Positions 17,067 through 25,305 of a DNA stretch of 64,000 nucleotides are shown here, piece after piece (within the stretch, counting starts at the first letter, position 1; each line of letters begins with the position of its first letter). The notes under the pieces were generated by a model that was given only the letters and a program-made list of their open reading frames with translations, did not search any database and was not told where the DNA came from. The position numbers and the translations under genes are program-made. Location of the stretch: assembly GCA_947168905.1 (NCBI GenBank), contig CAMVNR010000002.1, positions 1,898-65,897 of the forward strand. Direction: 5' to 3'. The stretch comes from an uncultured Lachnospiraceae bacterium (lineage in GTDB: Bacteria; Bacillota; Clostridia; Lachnospirales; Lachnospiraceae).

Positions 17067-19187
17067 TTATCTGAACAGTGTGAATCTGGCCATGACGCCG
17101 CCTAAGGTGTTCGCTACGGTTGACATGGACTTGATGAAGATATCGAGCGCAACGCCGACGACGTCCTTACGGGTATCGCCGATGGTATCGCCGGTCACGG
17201 CCGCCTTATGCGCGGCAGTTCCCTTGCCATGGCCCTTGATTGCGCCGGATTCGATATACTTCTTTGCATTGTCGAAAGCGCCGCCCGAGTTGCCCATGAA
17301 GATTGCACGCGGGATCGCGACGATGGTCGCGCCGACCAGAAGTCCGCCGACGAATTCGACGCCGAAGAGGAAGCCGCCGACAAGCGGAATCACCAGTGCG
17401 AGGATCGAGGGGAAGAGCATCTTTCTGAGCGCTTCCTTCGCTGCGGTGTCTATCATCTTGTTGTAGTCGGGACGTACCGTGCCCTCCAGAACGCCGGGGA
17501 TCGAGAGAAGCTTGTCACCCTCGTCCGCCATGAGCTTCGCGGAGTCGATCGTATTGTCGGTCAGGATTGCCGAGAAGAATTCTACGAGAGCGCCGCCGAG
17601 GATACCGCCCGCGACAACGACGTAGGAGGCAATGTTCAGAATCGGCTCGGCACCGACAGCGGTATAGTTGCCGACGTAGGCAACGATCAGGGATACGGTT
17701 GCGAAAGCGGCGGAGCCGATCGCAAAGCCCTTGCCGATGGCTGCTGTCGTATTGCCGACCGCATCCAGCTTATCCGTAATCACACGGACATCTGCCGGCA
17801 GGTGGCAGGATTCCGCGAGACCGCCTGCATTGTCGGCGATCGGTCCGAAGGCGTCGATCGAAACCGTAGTTCCGACGAAGGCCAGCATGCCGAGCGCGGA
17901 AATAGCGATGCCGTAGGTGCCGCAGACCTTACCGGAAACAAAGAGTGAAACCGCGATGAGAAGCACCGGCAGAAGGACGGATTTGGAGCCGATCGCGTCA
18001 CCCTTCGTGACGACGAAGGCTTCACCTTCCGTAGCCATTTCGGCAAGGGTTCTCGTCGGCTTGAAATCGGTCGAGGTGTAGTATTCGGTAATGGAGCCGA
18101 TCGCTACGCCGGAAGCGATTCCGAGGACTGCCGAGACCCACGGGGAAATCCAGCCGATCCGGAACTCTTCATACAGCGGGACATTTTTGAAAACAAACAT
18201 CGAAGCGAAGAAGCCGATCACCAGGGTCAGTCCAGCGGACAGCCAGGTCGCGATATTGAGTTCTTTCGACGGATTGTCGCCCATCTTCTTGACGTTGGCG
18301 AAAACAAGGCCGATGAGGCAGCCGAGGAGTCCGCCGCCGGCGAGGATAATCGGGAAAATGGTGGTGGCGGTGAAGGTTTCTGCAGCAACCGCTGCACCTT
18401 TTCCTGCGTACAGGGTCGCGCCGATCAGAATGGATGCCGCCATGGTTGCGACAAAGCTCTCCAGAAGGTCGGAGCAGTTGCCGGCGATATCATTGACGTT
18501 GTCGCCGATGAAGTCAGCGATCGTATTCGGAACGCGGCTGTCGTCTTCGGGAAGATCGTGACGGATCTTCGCGAGGATGTCGGAAGAAATGTCTGCAGCC
18601 TTGGTATAGTTTCCGCCCGCCACACGGTTGAACATGGCAACGATGGAGCAGCCGAGAGAATAGGTCGTGATGCGCATGGTCGTCGGATTGCAGCGAAGAC
18701 CGAGAAGGAATCCGCCGCCGTCCGCTTCATGATCCACGCCCCAGATCAGCAGAATGATCACGAGACCGAGCATGCCGAGCGCCTGGACCGAAAGTCCGGA
18801 AATGCTTCCGCCGGCAAGAGCAACCTTGACCGTTTCGCCGATCGATTTGGATTCTCTCGCACGGTTTGCCGTACGGACATTCGCATAGGTTGCGCTCTTC
18901 ATGCCCAGAATGCAGGCGCCGGAGCTGACGACAGCACCCAAAATAAAGGTGATGCCGCTGAGCTTCTCGATAAATAAAGTAAAGACTGCGGCGAGAATCA
19001 CAATGACGATAGCGATCGTCTTGTATTCCGTTTTAATAAACTGATTCGCACCCGAGCGGATAATTCCCGCCAGGTCCGCCATTTCCTCCGTGCCTTCTTT
19101 CATCTTTTTGATCCGCATGTAATTGAAGATAACGTAGCAGATCGCAAGGACAATAACGCAAAGCACGACGTACCAGTACCATTCCAT
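17067..19187 (-). CDS. hppA: Membrane-bound ion-translocating pyrophosphatase
   Basis: 706-aa polytopic protein with H+/Na+-PPase motifs (GDNVNDIAG, GPIADNAGG, GNTTAAIGKGFAIGSAA, GDTIGDTRKD). Confidence 0.9.
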   Translation of the reverse strand: MEWYWYVVLCVIVLAICYVIFNYMRIKKMKEGTEEMADLAGIIRSGANQFIKTEYKTIAIVIVILAAVFTLFIEKLSGITFILGAVVSSGACILGMKSATYANVRTANRARESKSIGETVKVALAGGSISGLSVQALGMLGLVIILLIWGVDHEADGGGFLLGLRCNPTTMRITTYSLGCSIVAMFNRVAGGNYTKAADISSDILAKIRHDLPEDDSRVPNTIADFIGDNVNDIAGNCSDLLESFVATMAASILIGATLYAGKGAAVAAETFTATTIFPIILAGGGLLGCLIGLVFANVKKMGDNPSKELNIATWLSAGLTLVIGFFASMFVFKNVPLYEEFRIGWISPWVSAVLGIASGVAIGSITEYYTSTDFKPTRTLAEMATEGEAFVVTKGDAIGSKSVLLPVLLIAVSLFVSGKVCGTYGIAISALGMLAFVGTTVSIDAFGPIADNAGGLAESCHLPADVRVITDKLDAVGNTTAAIGKGFAIGSAAFATVSLIVAYVGNYTAVGAEPILNIASYVVVAGGILGGALVEFFSAILTDNTIDSAKLMADEGDKLLSIPGVLEGTVRPDYNKMIDTAAKEALRKMLFPSILALVIPLVGGFLFGVEFVGGLLVGATIVAIPRAIFMGNSGGAFDNAKKYIESGAIKGHGKGTAAHKAAVTGDTIGDTRKDVVGVALDIFIKSMSTVANTLGGVMARFTLFR

Positions 19188-19422
19188 GGTATTCTTGCCC
19201 TCCTTTGGCTTGGTGTTCTTTGGACGTCTTTTAGCCGGCGCCCGATTTGAAATTAGTATAGCACAAATTAGTCAGAATATTCAATAGGAAAATGCCGTAG
19301 GGGGATGAGGGACGGAATCACACTGAGACAGGCAAAAAAGAGCCTGTGAAGGGTAAAAACAGACTTGCTTTTCTGCGTGCCGCTGTCTATACTGGAAGAC
19401 AGAAAAAAGGAGGTCGTTTTTT

Positions 19423-20157
19423 ATGGAAGAATTCTATATCGACAGTGACGGCGTGCGCCTGCATGCGAAGCTTGACAAACCGCAGGGGACGGACAAATGT
19501 CCTTTATGCATCGTAATCCACGGCTTTACGGGGCATATGGAGGAAACGCACATTATCGCGGTATCGAAGGCGATGAATGAATGCGGCATTGCGACGCTCC
19601 GTGTTGAAATGTACGGGCATGGCCAGTCGGACGGTGAATTTAAGGATCATACGCTCTACAAATGGGTGACAAATGCGCTCTCAGTCGTCGAATATGCGAA
19701 AAAACTGGATTTCGTGACTGATCTGTATATCAGCGGCCATTCACAGGGCGGCCTTCTCACCATGCTGATCGGCGGTATGTGCCCGGACGATTTCAAGGCA
19801 ATTATTCCGCTGTCGCCCGCCTGGATGATTCCCGACGGCGCGAGAAACGGAAACCTCCTCGGGATTCCCTATGATCCGAAGCACATTCCGGACGAACTCT
19901 CGCAGGGTCCGCTCCGCCTTTCCGGGAATTATATCCGCGTTGCGCAGACCATTCATGTTGAGGACGAAATTGCACGCTACGATGGACCGGTGCTGATCAT
20001 TCAGGGAGACCGGGACGAGGCCGTCCCGCTGTCTTATGCAGAAAAAGCGGCGGCGCTTTATAAAAACGCCAAGCTCGTCATTATTCCCGGCGACGATCAC
20101 TGCTATACGAAGCACCTTCCGGAGGTCGTTGCGGCCGTAAAAGAATATTTCAGTTAA
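19423..20157 (+). CDS. Alpha/beta hydrolase
   Basis: Nucleophile elbow GHSQGG, with downstream Asp (QGDRDEAV) and His (GDDHCY). RBS AAAGGAGG. Confidence 0.8.
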   Translation: MEEFYIDSDGVRLHAKLDKPQGTDKCPLCIVIHGFTGHMEETHIIAVSKAMNECGIATLRVEMYGHGQSDGEFKDHTLYKWVTNALSVVEYAKKLDFVTDLYISGHSQGGLLTMLIGGMCPDDFKAIIPLSPAWMIPDGARNGNLLGIPYDPKHIPDELSQGPLRLSGNYIRVAQTIHVEDEIARYDGPVLIIQGDRDEAVPLSYAEKAAALYKNAKLVIIPGDDHCYTKHLPEVVAAVKEYFS

Positions 20158-20169
20158 AAGGAGAAAACA

Positions 20170-21162
20170 TTGAAGATCAGGAACCGATGCGAGCTCAGTA
20201 TGCTCTATGACAAACCGCAGGACGGAATCCGCCCGGACTCGCCGGAAATTCTGCTGATGCAGGCGATCGCCGACAGCCGCGCAGACGATGCGGCGGCGCT
20301 TTTCAGGGAAAGGAAGCAGTTTACGGAGGCGCTCCCGGCAGTCGATGCGCCCTACGGAAGATTCGAAGGAAGAGAGGCCATCCGTGATTTCGCCGCGGGA
20401 TTTACCGGACGTTTTGAAGCGGAGGAGCTGTCAGTCCTGGTGATGTTTCAGACGCGTTCCGGCGGACGCTCGGTCTCGGAATGCATCCTTTCCTTTGTCC
20501 GAAACGGAATGATCGACGAGGTCCCGATGTTTGTCGTGGCGGATCTTGGCGCGAAGAATACCCTGGAAGAGGTGCGCCTGTACTGCCACTGCACTTTCGT
20601 GCCGCACCTCGAGCCTTACCGGCGGCCGATGTTTCCTTCGGCGCACCTTGAAATGGGCGACCCGGGACTACTCACCGGCGCGGTAAAGGAATATTATACC
20701 GCGCTTCATCACATGCCTGCGGTCGACGTGGACAGGATCCTTGCCTGTATGCATCCGGACTGTGTTTTCGGCGGCTACGGACCCTACGGCGCTCATCCGC
20801 ATAAGGCGGACCCGGAAGCGCTCAGGGAAACCTATACCCATATGGCTTCCTATATTCCGGCAAAGGTCGCAATGCGCTACGAAACGATTATCGATGACGG
20901 TGTGACGGGCGTCATCGAGTGGGTGCATGTGATCGCGGATAAAGGACGGGAAGACCTGCAGCGGGTCGCACTCTCCGGAATCGCGGCCTATATGCGCGGG
21001 GAGGACGGAAGGCTTGTAAGTATCCGGATCAGCGACTACGCAGGCTATGAAAAGTATATCGACTGGACGAAAATGCCCATCTCCAAAGAAGAGGCTGAGA
21101 GCGTCAACGCGGTGCATGAATTCCCTGCCGGTGTCGGAAGAAAGTCACAGGACATCCTGTAA
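20170..21162 (+). CDS. Hypothetical protein, probably two tandem NTF2/SnoaL-like domains
   Basis: 330-aa ORF. The TTG start at 20170 is preceded by AAGGAG at good spacing. The domain call comes only from the general sequence pattern. Confidence 0.5.
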   Translation: MKIRNRCELSMLYDKPQDGIRPDSPEILLMQAIADSRADDAAALFRERKQFTEALPAVDAPYGRFEGREAIRDFAAGFTGRFEAEELSVLVMFQTRSGGRSVSECILSFVRNGMIDEVPMFVVADLGAKNTLEEVRLYCHCTFVPHLEPYRRPMFPSAHLEMGDPGLLTGAVKEYYTALHHMPAVDVDRILACMHPDCVFGGYGPYGAHPHKADPEALRETYTHMASYIPAKVAMRYETIIDDGVTGVIEWVHVIADKGREDLQRVALSGIAAYMRGEDGRLVSIRISDYAGYEKYIDWTKMPISKEEAESVNAVHEFPAGVGRKSQDIL

Positions 21163-21250
21163 AGGATAAAAGTTTCAGAAAGCCCGGGCGGATGACCCCG
21201 GTCTTTCGTGACAATACGAAAACGACATATCGAAAAACGATAAATAATAG

Positions 21251-21279
21251 TTGACAAAATCTCCTTCTGCTGTTATGAT
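21251..21279 (+). promoter_or_regulatory. Candidate sigma-A promoter
   Basis: TTGACA (21251-21256), 17-nt spacer, TATGAT (21274-21279). Confidence 0.5.
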
Positions 21280-21287
21280 GTGCATCA

Positions 21288-21311
21288 GATTCACGGAATA
21301 TATTGTGAATC
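21288..21311. promoter_or_regulatory. Palindromic operator-like site at the predicted transcription start
   Basis: GATTCAC (21288-21294), 10-nt AT-rich spacer, GTGAATC (21305-21311). It sits immediately downstream of the -10 box. Confidence 0.35.
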
Positions 21312-21346
21312 GATAAAAAATTTCGAACGCAGAAGGAGATCTTATT

Positions 21347-22789
21347 ATGCCTGAATATAATTATGATCCGATGACGGGGGAAAAGCTGAATACGGCCGTG
21401 CCCGCCTGGAGTCCCGGCAAAGAGCAGGAATCAACACCGGAAGGAACCGGTTTGCCTTCGGGACCGGCGGCAGAGGCTGAGGCAACCAGGACACCGACGC
21501 CGCCTCAGCCGCGCCCGCGCTTCCTGGCATCCTTTGAAGAGAAGCTTGCGGCTTTTCTCATGTTCATTCCCGCATATTTCTATGCGAAAATGATCGGCGA
21601 CGGACTGATTCACGAACTGGATCCTATGTGGCGCGTGGACCTGGCGGTTTTCCTTCTCGGAACGATCGGGCTGACCGTGTTCCTGTTCCTGAAGGAAAAG
21701 CACCGCTTTGAGAGCCTGATCTTCTTTGTCTGCCTCGGGCTTACGGGCGTCAGTACGGTGTTCAATCTCGGCTCGGTCTGGGAGGACTATCAGAAGCTTT
21801 TGTTTATTCACGGCTTTCTCCTTTACTGGATCTTAAGTTTTTCAGACCGACTGTCTAAAGGCGAGAGCTCGAGCCTTCTCCTTTTGGATGCCGTGAACGT
21901 GCTGTTTATCGTACCCTTCAGGAACTATTTCTGCAGGATCCGGACGATTGGAGCCACCTTCCGGGATGAAGCTGTATCGAGGAAGCAGACAGAGGAAGGC
22001 GGCGGGGAAGTAAAGAAAAGGAGGAACGCGGTGCTCTGGACATTGCTCGCGGCTGCGGCCGCCGGCATTCTCTTCCCGATCGCGGTCGCGCTTCTTTCGA
22101 AGGCTGACCAGAATTTCGCGGATCTCGTGCAGAATATTTCGCAGGTTTTCGGCGACTGGAAATGGGGCCGCCATATCGGCTATTTCTTTATGTCCCTTCC
22201 GGTCGGAGCGTATGTGTACGGGGTGCTGGGCGGATTTAGAAGAACGCCTGCACAAAGGATCCGGGAGCGCGGAAATGCATTTGCCCGGGGCCTTGAGAAG
22301 CTTCGCCAGGTGCCTCCCGCCGCCTGGGCGGTGCTCGTGACGCTCTTTTCGGCGGTTTATACCGTCTTTTTCGTCCTCCAGTGGAACTGGGTGATCGACG
22401 CGTTTAGGGGAATCTGCCCGGCAGATCCCAGAACCTACGCCAGGGAGAGCTTCTTCGCGCTTCTGTGGGTTTCGCTGATCAATTTCCTGCTTCTGGGCAT
22501 TACGCATAACAGCGCGCGGGATCTTCAGAAGAAGAGCGTCGTTCTTACCGGGGCGAAGATTCTGCTTCTTCTGGACAACATGGTTTTCTGTGTGATCTCC
22601 TTCTCGAAGATCTGCCTGTACATCATGGTTCACGGCTTCACGCCGCTGCGCCTTCAGTCAAGCTGGCTCGTGGTCTCGCTTTTCCTGGCCTGCATTGCGG
22701 CGGTCATTTATATCTTAAGCGGCAAAAAAACCATGAAGTACTGGATGATCGCATCCAGCCTGCTGCTCTGCGGCCTCACGGTCTTCTGA
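21347..22789 (+). CDS. Polytopic membrane protein (DUF4153/DUF4173-like)
   Basis: 480 aa. Soluble Pro-rich N-terminus followed by ~10 hydrophobic segments. RBS GAAGGAG. The family call is from memory of similar clostridial proteins. Confidence 0.55.
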   Translation: MPEYNYDPMTGEKLNTAVPAWSPGKEQESTPEGTGLPSGPAAEAEATRTPTPPQPRPRFLASFEEKLAAFLMFIPAYFYAKMIGDGLIHELDPMWRVDLAVFLLGTIGLTVFLFLKEKHRFESLIFFVCLGLTGVSTVFNLGSVWEDYQKLLFIHGFLLYWILSFSDRLSKGESSSLLLLDAVNVLFIVPFRNYFCRIRTIGATFRDEAVSRKQTEEGGGEVKKRRNAVLWTLLAAAAAGILFPIAVALLSKADQNFADLVQNISQVFGDWKWGRHIGYFFMSLPVGAYVYGVLGGFRRTPAQRIRERGNAFARGLEKLRQVPPAAWAVLVTLFSAVYTVFFVLQWNWVIDAFRGICPADPRTYARESFFALLWVSLINFLLLGITHNSARDLQKKSVVLTGAKILLLLDNMVFCVISFSKICLYIMVHGFTPLRLQSSWLVVSLFLACIAAVIYILSGKKTMKYWMIASSLLLCGLTVF

Positions 22790-22965
22790 ATTACCTGAGA
22801 ACACTCAGGGAGCCGGATTTCTGCCGGCTCCCTGTTTCTTGTGACCCGCAATGAGAAAAATCGACACACGCCGGCGTATGCCGATTTGACGAATGCGTAC
22901 AATCCCGGAATGCGGCTTCATGCCGCTTCCGGTGATGAAGCGGCTGCTGCAGTACATAAAAGCAC

Positions 22966-22995
22966 TTGACAAATGCAGGGCACTTTCGTTATGAT
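22966..22995 (+). promoter_or_regulatory. Candidate sigma-A promoter
   Basis: TTGACA (22966-22971), 18-nt spacer, TATGAT (22990-22995). Its position argues for the downstream start at 23066. Confidence 0.45.
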
Positions 22996-23065
22996 TAATC
23001 ATGGGAAAATGTCCCGGAAAGATGATCATTCGCGAGAGTATCGGGCGAAGGAGAGGAGAGATACT

Positions 23066-23677
23066 ATGGCAAAGAGAGCAGAGGACAGAAAGACCTACAG
23101 TAATGTCGGAATAGATTATTTTGTGCAGAAATGCCGCACGATCGACCAGGGAGGCCTGAATGTAAACCTCAAGTCCGAGAATCCCGGCGCGAACGGCTCG
23201 GTCTGGTTCAGAGTGCTGCACGGGATGTCGATGGCCTCCTACGGCGAGAAAATTACGATAACGCTGACGCCCGTGGGCGCCGGTACAGATGTGCACATTC
23301 TTTCCGAGTGCGGAATGCCGACTCAGATTGTGGATTACGGCAAGAACAGACAGAACTGTGCCGCGATTTTCGCTTATTTTGACCGGGGGATCGAAGCGGC
23401 GAACCAGTACGCAGGAGCTCAGCCACAGCCACAGCCGCAGCCGATGCCGCAGCCGCAGCCACAGCCTCAGCCGATGCCGCAGCCGATGCCGCAGCCACAG
23501 CCGCAGCCGATGCCGGTACCGACACCGACACCGCAGCCGGTACAGACGAACGCTCAGGCCGCGATGGCCGCTCAGTACGCCGCGCAGGACTTTGTTTTCT
23601 GCATGGAGTGCGGAACGAAAAATTCCAAGGGCTCAAATTTCTGCATGAAATGCGGCGCGCGTCTGATGATTCCGTAA
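23066..23677 (+). CDS. Zinc-ribbon protein with a (P/Q)-repeat linker
   Basis: Start MAKRAEDRK follows the RBS AGGAGAGGAG. Globular N-domain, then the QPQPQPQPMPQPQPQPQPMPQPMPQPQPQPMPVPTPTPQP linker, then a C-terminal zinc ribbon CMECGTKNSKGSNFCMKCG. Confidence 0.65.
   Translation: MAKRAEDRKTYSNVGIDYFVQKCRTIDQGGLNVNLKSENPGANGSVWFRVLHGMSMASYGEKITITLTPVGAGTDVHILSECGMPTQIVDYGKNRQNCAAIFAYFDRGIEAANQYAGAQPQPQPQPMPQPQPQPQPMPQPMPQPQPQPMPVPTPTPQPVQTNAQAAMAAQYAAQDFVFCMECGTKNSKGSNFCMKCGARLMIP
23420..23539 (+). repeat. In-frame hexanucleotide (CAGCCR)n-type microsatellite encoding the PQ linker
   Basis: cagccacagccacagccgcagccgatgccgcagccgcagcc... read directly from the sequence. Confidence 0.85.
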
Positions 23678-23729
23678 AAAGAATGGAAAAGAAAGGAAGA
23701 AGCTTTTTTAGAAAAAGAGCAGTTATTGA

Positions 23730-25280
23730 ATGAATTATTATCTTGTAGACTATGAAAACGTGAAATCCCACGGTCTCGACGGCATCGTTAAAATGTCGCC
23801 GGAGGATGTGGTATGTATTTTTTACAGTGAAAATGCCGATACGATGACTTTTTCACTGCATCAGAAACTGAATGAGACCAGAGCTCAGGTCATCTACGAA
23901 AAGGTGGAGGTCGGAACGAAGAATGCGCTCGACTTCCAGCTGGTCACTGAGCTTGGCTATCTGATCCGGGATATGCAGGGCGAGCCGGTTGCGTTCTATA
24001 TTGTCAGCAAGGACAAAGGGTACGGCAACACGGTGGCTTACTGGCAGAAGCGCGGCGTGGCGATTTCCCAGGTCATCGATGTCAGCGGCCTCGACGAGGA
24101 AAAGATCGAGAATGACCTCAGGCTGAAGGTGGAACCGCTTGTCAGGGACAAGGAGGTCGTCGGCAAAGTCGTTAAAATGATCCTTCAGTACAAGACAAAG
24201 CAGGGCATCAACAATGCACTGATGAAGGAATTCCCGAGCAGCAACAATAAACGGGCGAGCGAAATATATACCGCGATCAAACCGCTTCTGTCGGATAAGA
24301 AGGGCAATGTCGCCCCGCAGCCGGCCGAAGGAAGAGACGAGAAGCCTGCAATGCCGCAATCCGGCACTGAAAAGAGAGCAGATCTCCTGCAGTGGAATTA
24401 TGAGAAAAAGGCGGACGGAGTCGTAAAAATTACGGAAAAGCCGGCTGAAGTGAAGCAGGAAGCGGCTCCCGGGAAGAAAGCAGCGCCCGCTGAAGACGCG
24501 GCGAGAAAACCCGCGGAAGAGAAGCCGGAAGCCAACAAGGCTGAGGTGAAGCCGGAAGCGAATAAAGCCGCAGAGAAAAAGCCGGAAGCCAGCAAGGCTG
24601 AGGTGAAGCCGGAAGCGAATAAAGCAGCAGAGAAAAAGCCGGAAGAAGAACGGCCTGCGGAAGAAAAACCTGCAGAGCTGAAGCAGGAAGAAGTGAAGCC
24701 TGCGGAAGGAAAATCTGCAGAAGCGAAGCCGGAAGATGTGAAGCTCGAAGAGAAGAAAACTTCCCGGGGAAAGCGCACAGATAAGAAGGCCGCAAAGGAT
24801 AAAGCGGCAGACAAAAAGCCCGCACAGGAGAAAGCCGCAAAGGATAAGGCGGCAGACAATAAGCCCGTGCAGGAGAAAGCCGCAGAAGAAAAGGCTGCAG
24901 CGGAAGCTGCGGCAGGTGAAGCCGCCGCAGGTGAGAAAAAGGCAGAAGATATCAGCCTTTCGGAAGCGATCGCCGCATCCGAAACACCGCTGAAAAAAGA
25001 AGCCGCACAGGAAAAATCCGAAAAGGCGCAGACGAAGCGCAGAAGGTCTTCCGGAAAATCGGCTGAAAAAAAGGCTTCCGGGAAGCAGACGGATGAAAAA
25101 GCGGCCGCTTCTGATGGCGCAGAAACCGTACCGGCTGCCGAAGCCGACGCGAAGCCCGTAAAGGAAGAGACAGAGCAGAAGCCTGCAAAGGAAGAAGCAG
25201 GCCGCTCAAGACGGAAGCCAAGGACCAGGAAACAGGAAGCAAAGAAGCAGGACGAGGCTTCTTTGACGGAAGAAGCTTAA
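23730..25280 (+). CDS. NYN/PIN-like N-terminal domain protein with long K/E/A/P-rich repetitive tail
   Basis: N-terminal ~130 aa carry acidic motifs in an NYN/LabA-like arrangement (YLVDYENV, NALDFQLV, IVSKDKGYGN). The C-terminal ~330 aa are low-complexity with tandem repeats. Confidence 0.7.
   Translation: MNYYLVDYENVKSHGLDGIVKMSPEDVVCIFYSENADTMTFSLHQKLNETRAQVIYEKVEVGTKNALDFQLVTELGYLIRDMQGEPVAFYIVSKDKGYGNTVAYWQKRGVAISQVIDVSGLDEEKIENDLRLKVEPLVRDKEVVGKVVKMILQYKTKQGINNALMKEFPSSNNKRASEIYTAIKPLLSDKKGNVAPQPAEGRDEKPAMPQSGTEKRADLLQWNYEKKADGVVKITEKPAEVKQEAAPGKKAAPAEDAARKPAEEKPEANKAEVKPEANKAAEKKPEASKAEVKPEANKAAEKKPEEERPAEEKPAELKQEEVKPAEGKSAEAKPEDVKLEEKKTSRGKRTDKKAAKDKAADKKPAQEKAAKDKAADNKPVQEKAAEEKAAAEAAAGEAAAGEKKAEDISLSEAIAASETPLKKEAAQEKSEKAQTKRRRSSGKSAEKKASGKQTDEKAAASDGAETVPAAEADAKPVKEETEQKPAKEEAGRSRRKPRTRKQEAKKQDEASLTEEA
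24528..24641 (+). repeat. Two tandem 57-nt coding repeats
   Basis: The unit gaagccaacaaggctgaggtgaagccggaagcgaataaagccgcagagaaaaagccg recurs at a 57-nt offset with 3 mismatches. It encodes EA(N/S)KAEVKPEANKAAEKKP. Confidence 0.85.
24789..24878 (+). repeat. Two tandem 45-nt coding repeats
   Basis: The units encode AAKDKAADKKPAQEK and AAKDKAADNKPVQEK. Confidence 0.8.
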
Positions 25281-25305
25281 AAAGGATCAGGGAGGGCAGA
25301 CGCTT

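Noticed and set aside
23420-24878. Short tandem repeats considered as a possible CRISPR or other array
   Set aside because: The repeats are contiguous with no unique spacers, are in frame, and encode low-complexity protein linkers (PQ and K/E/A/P units).
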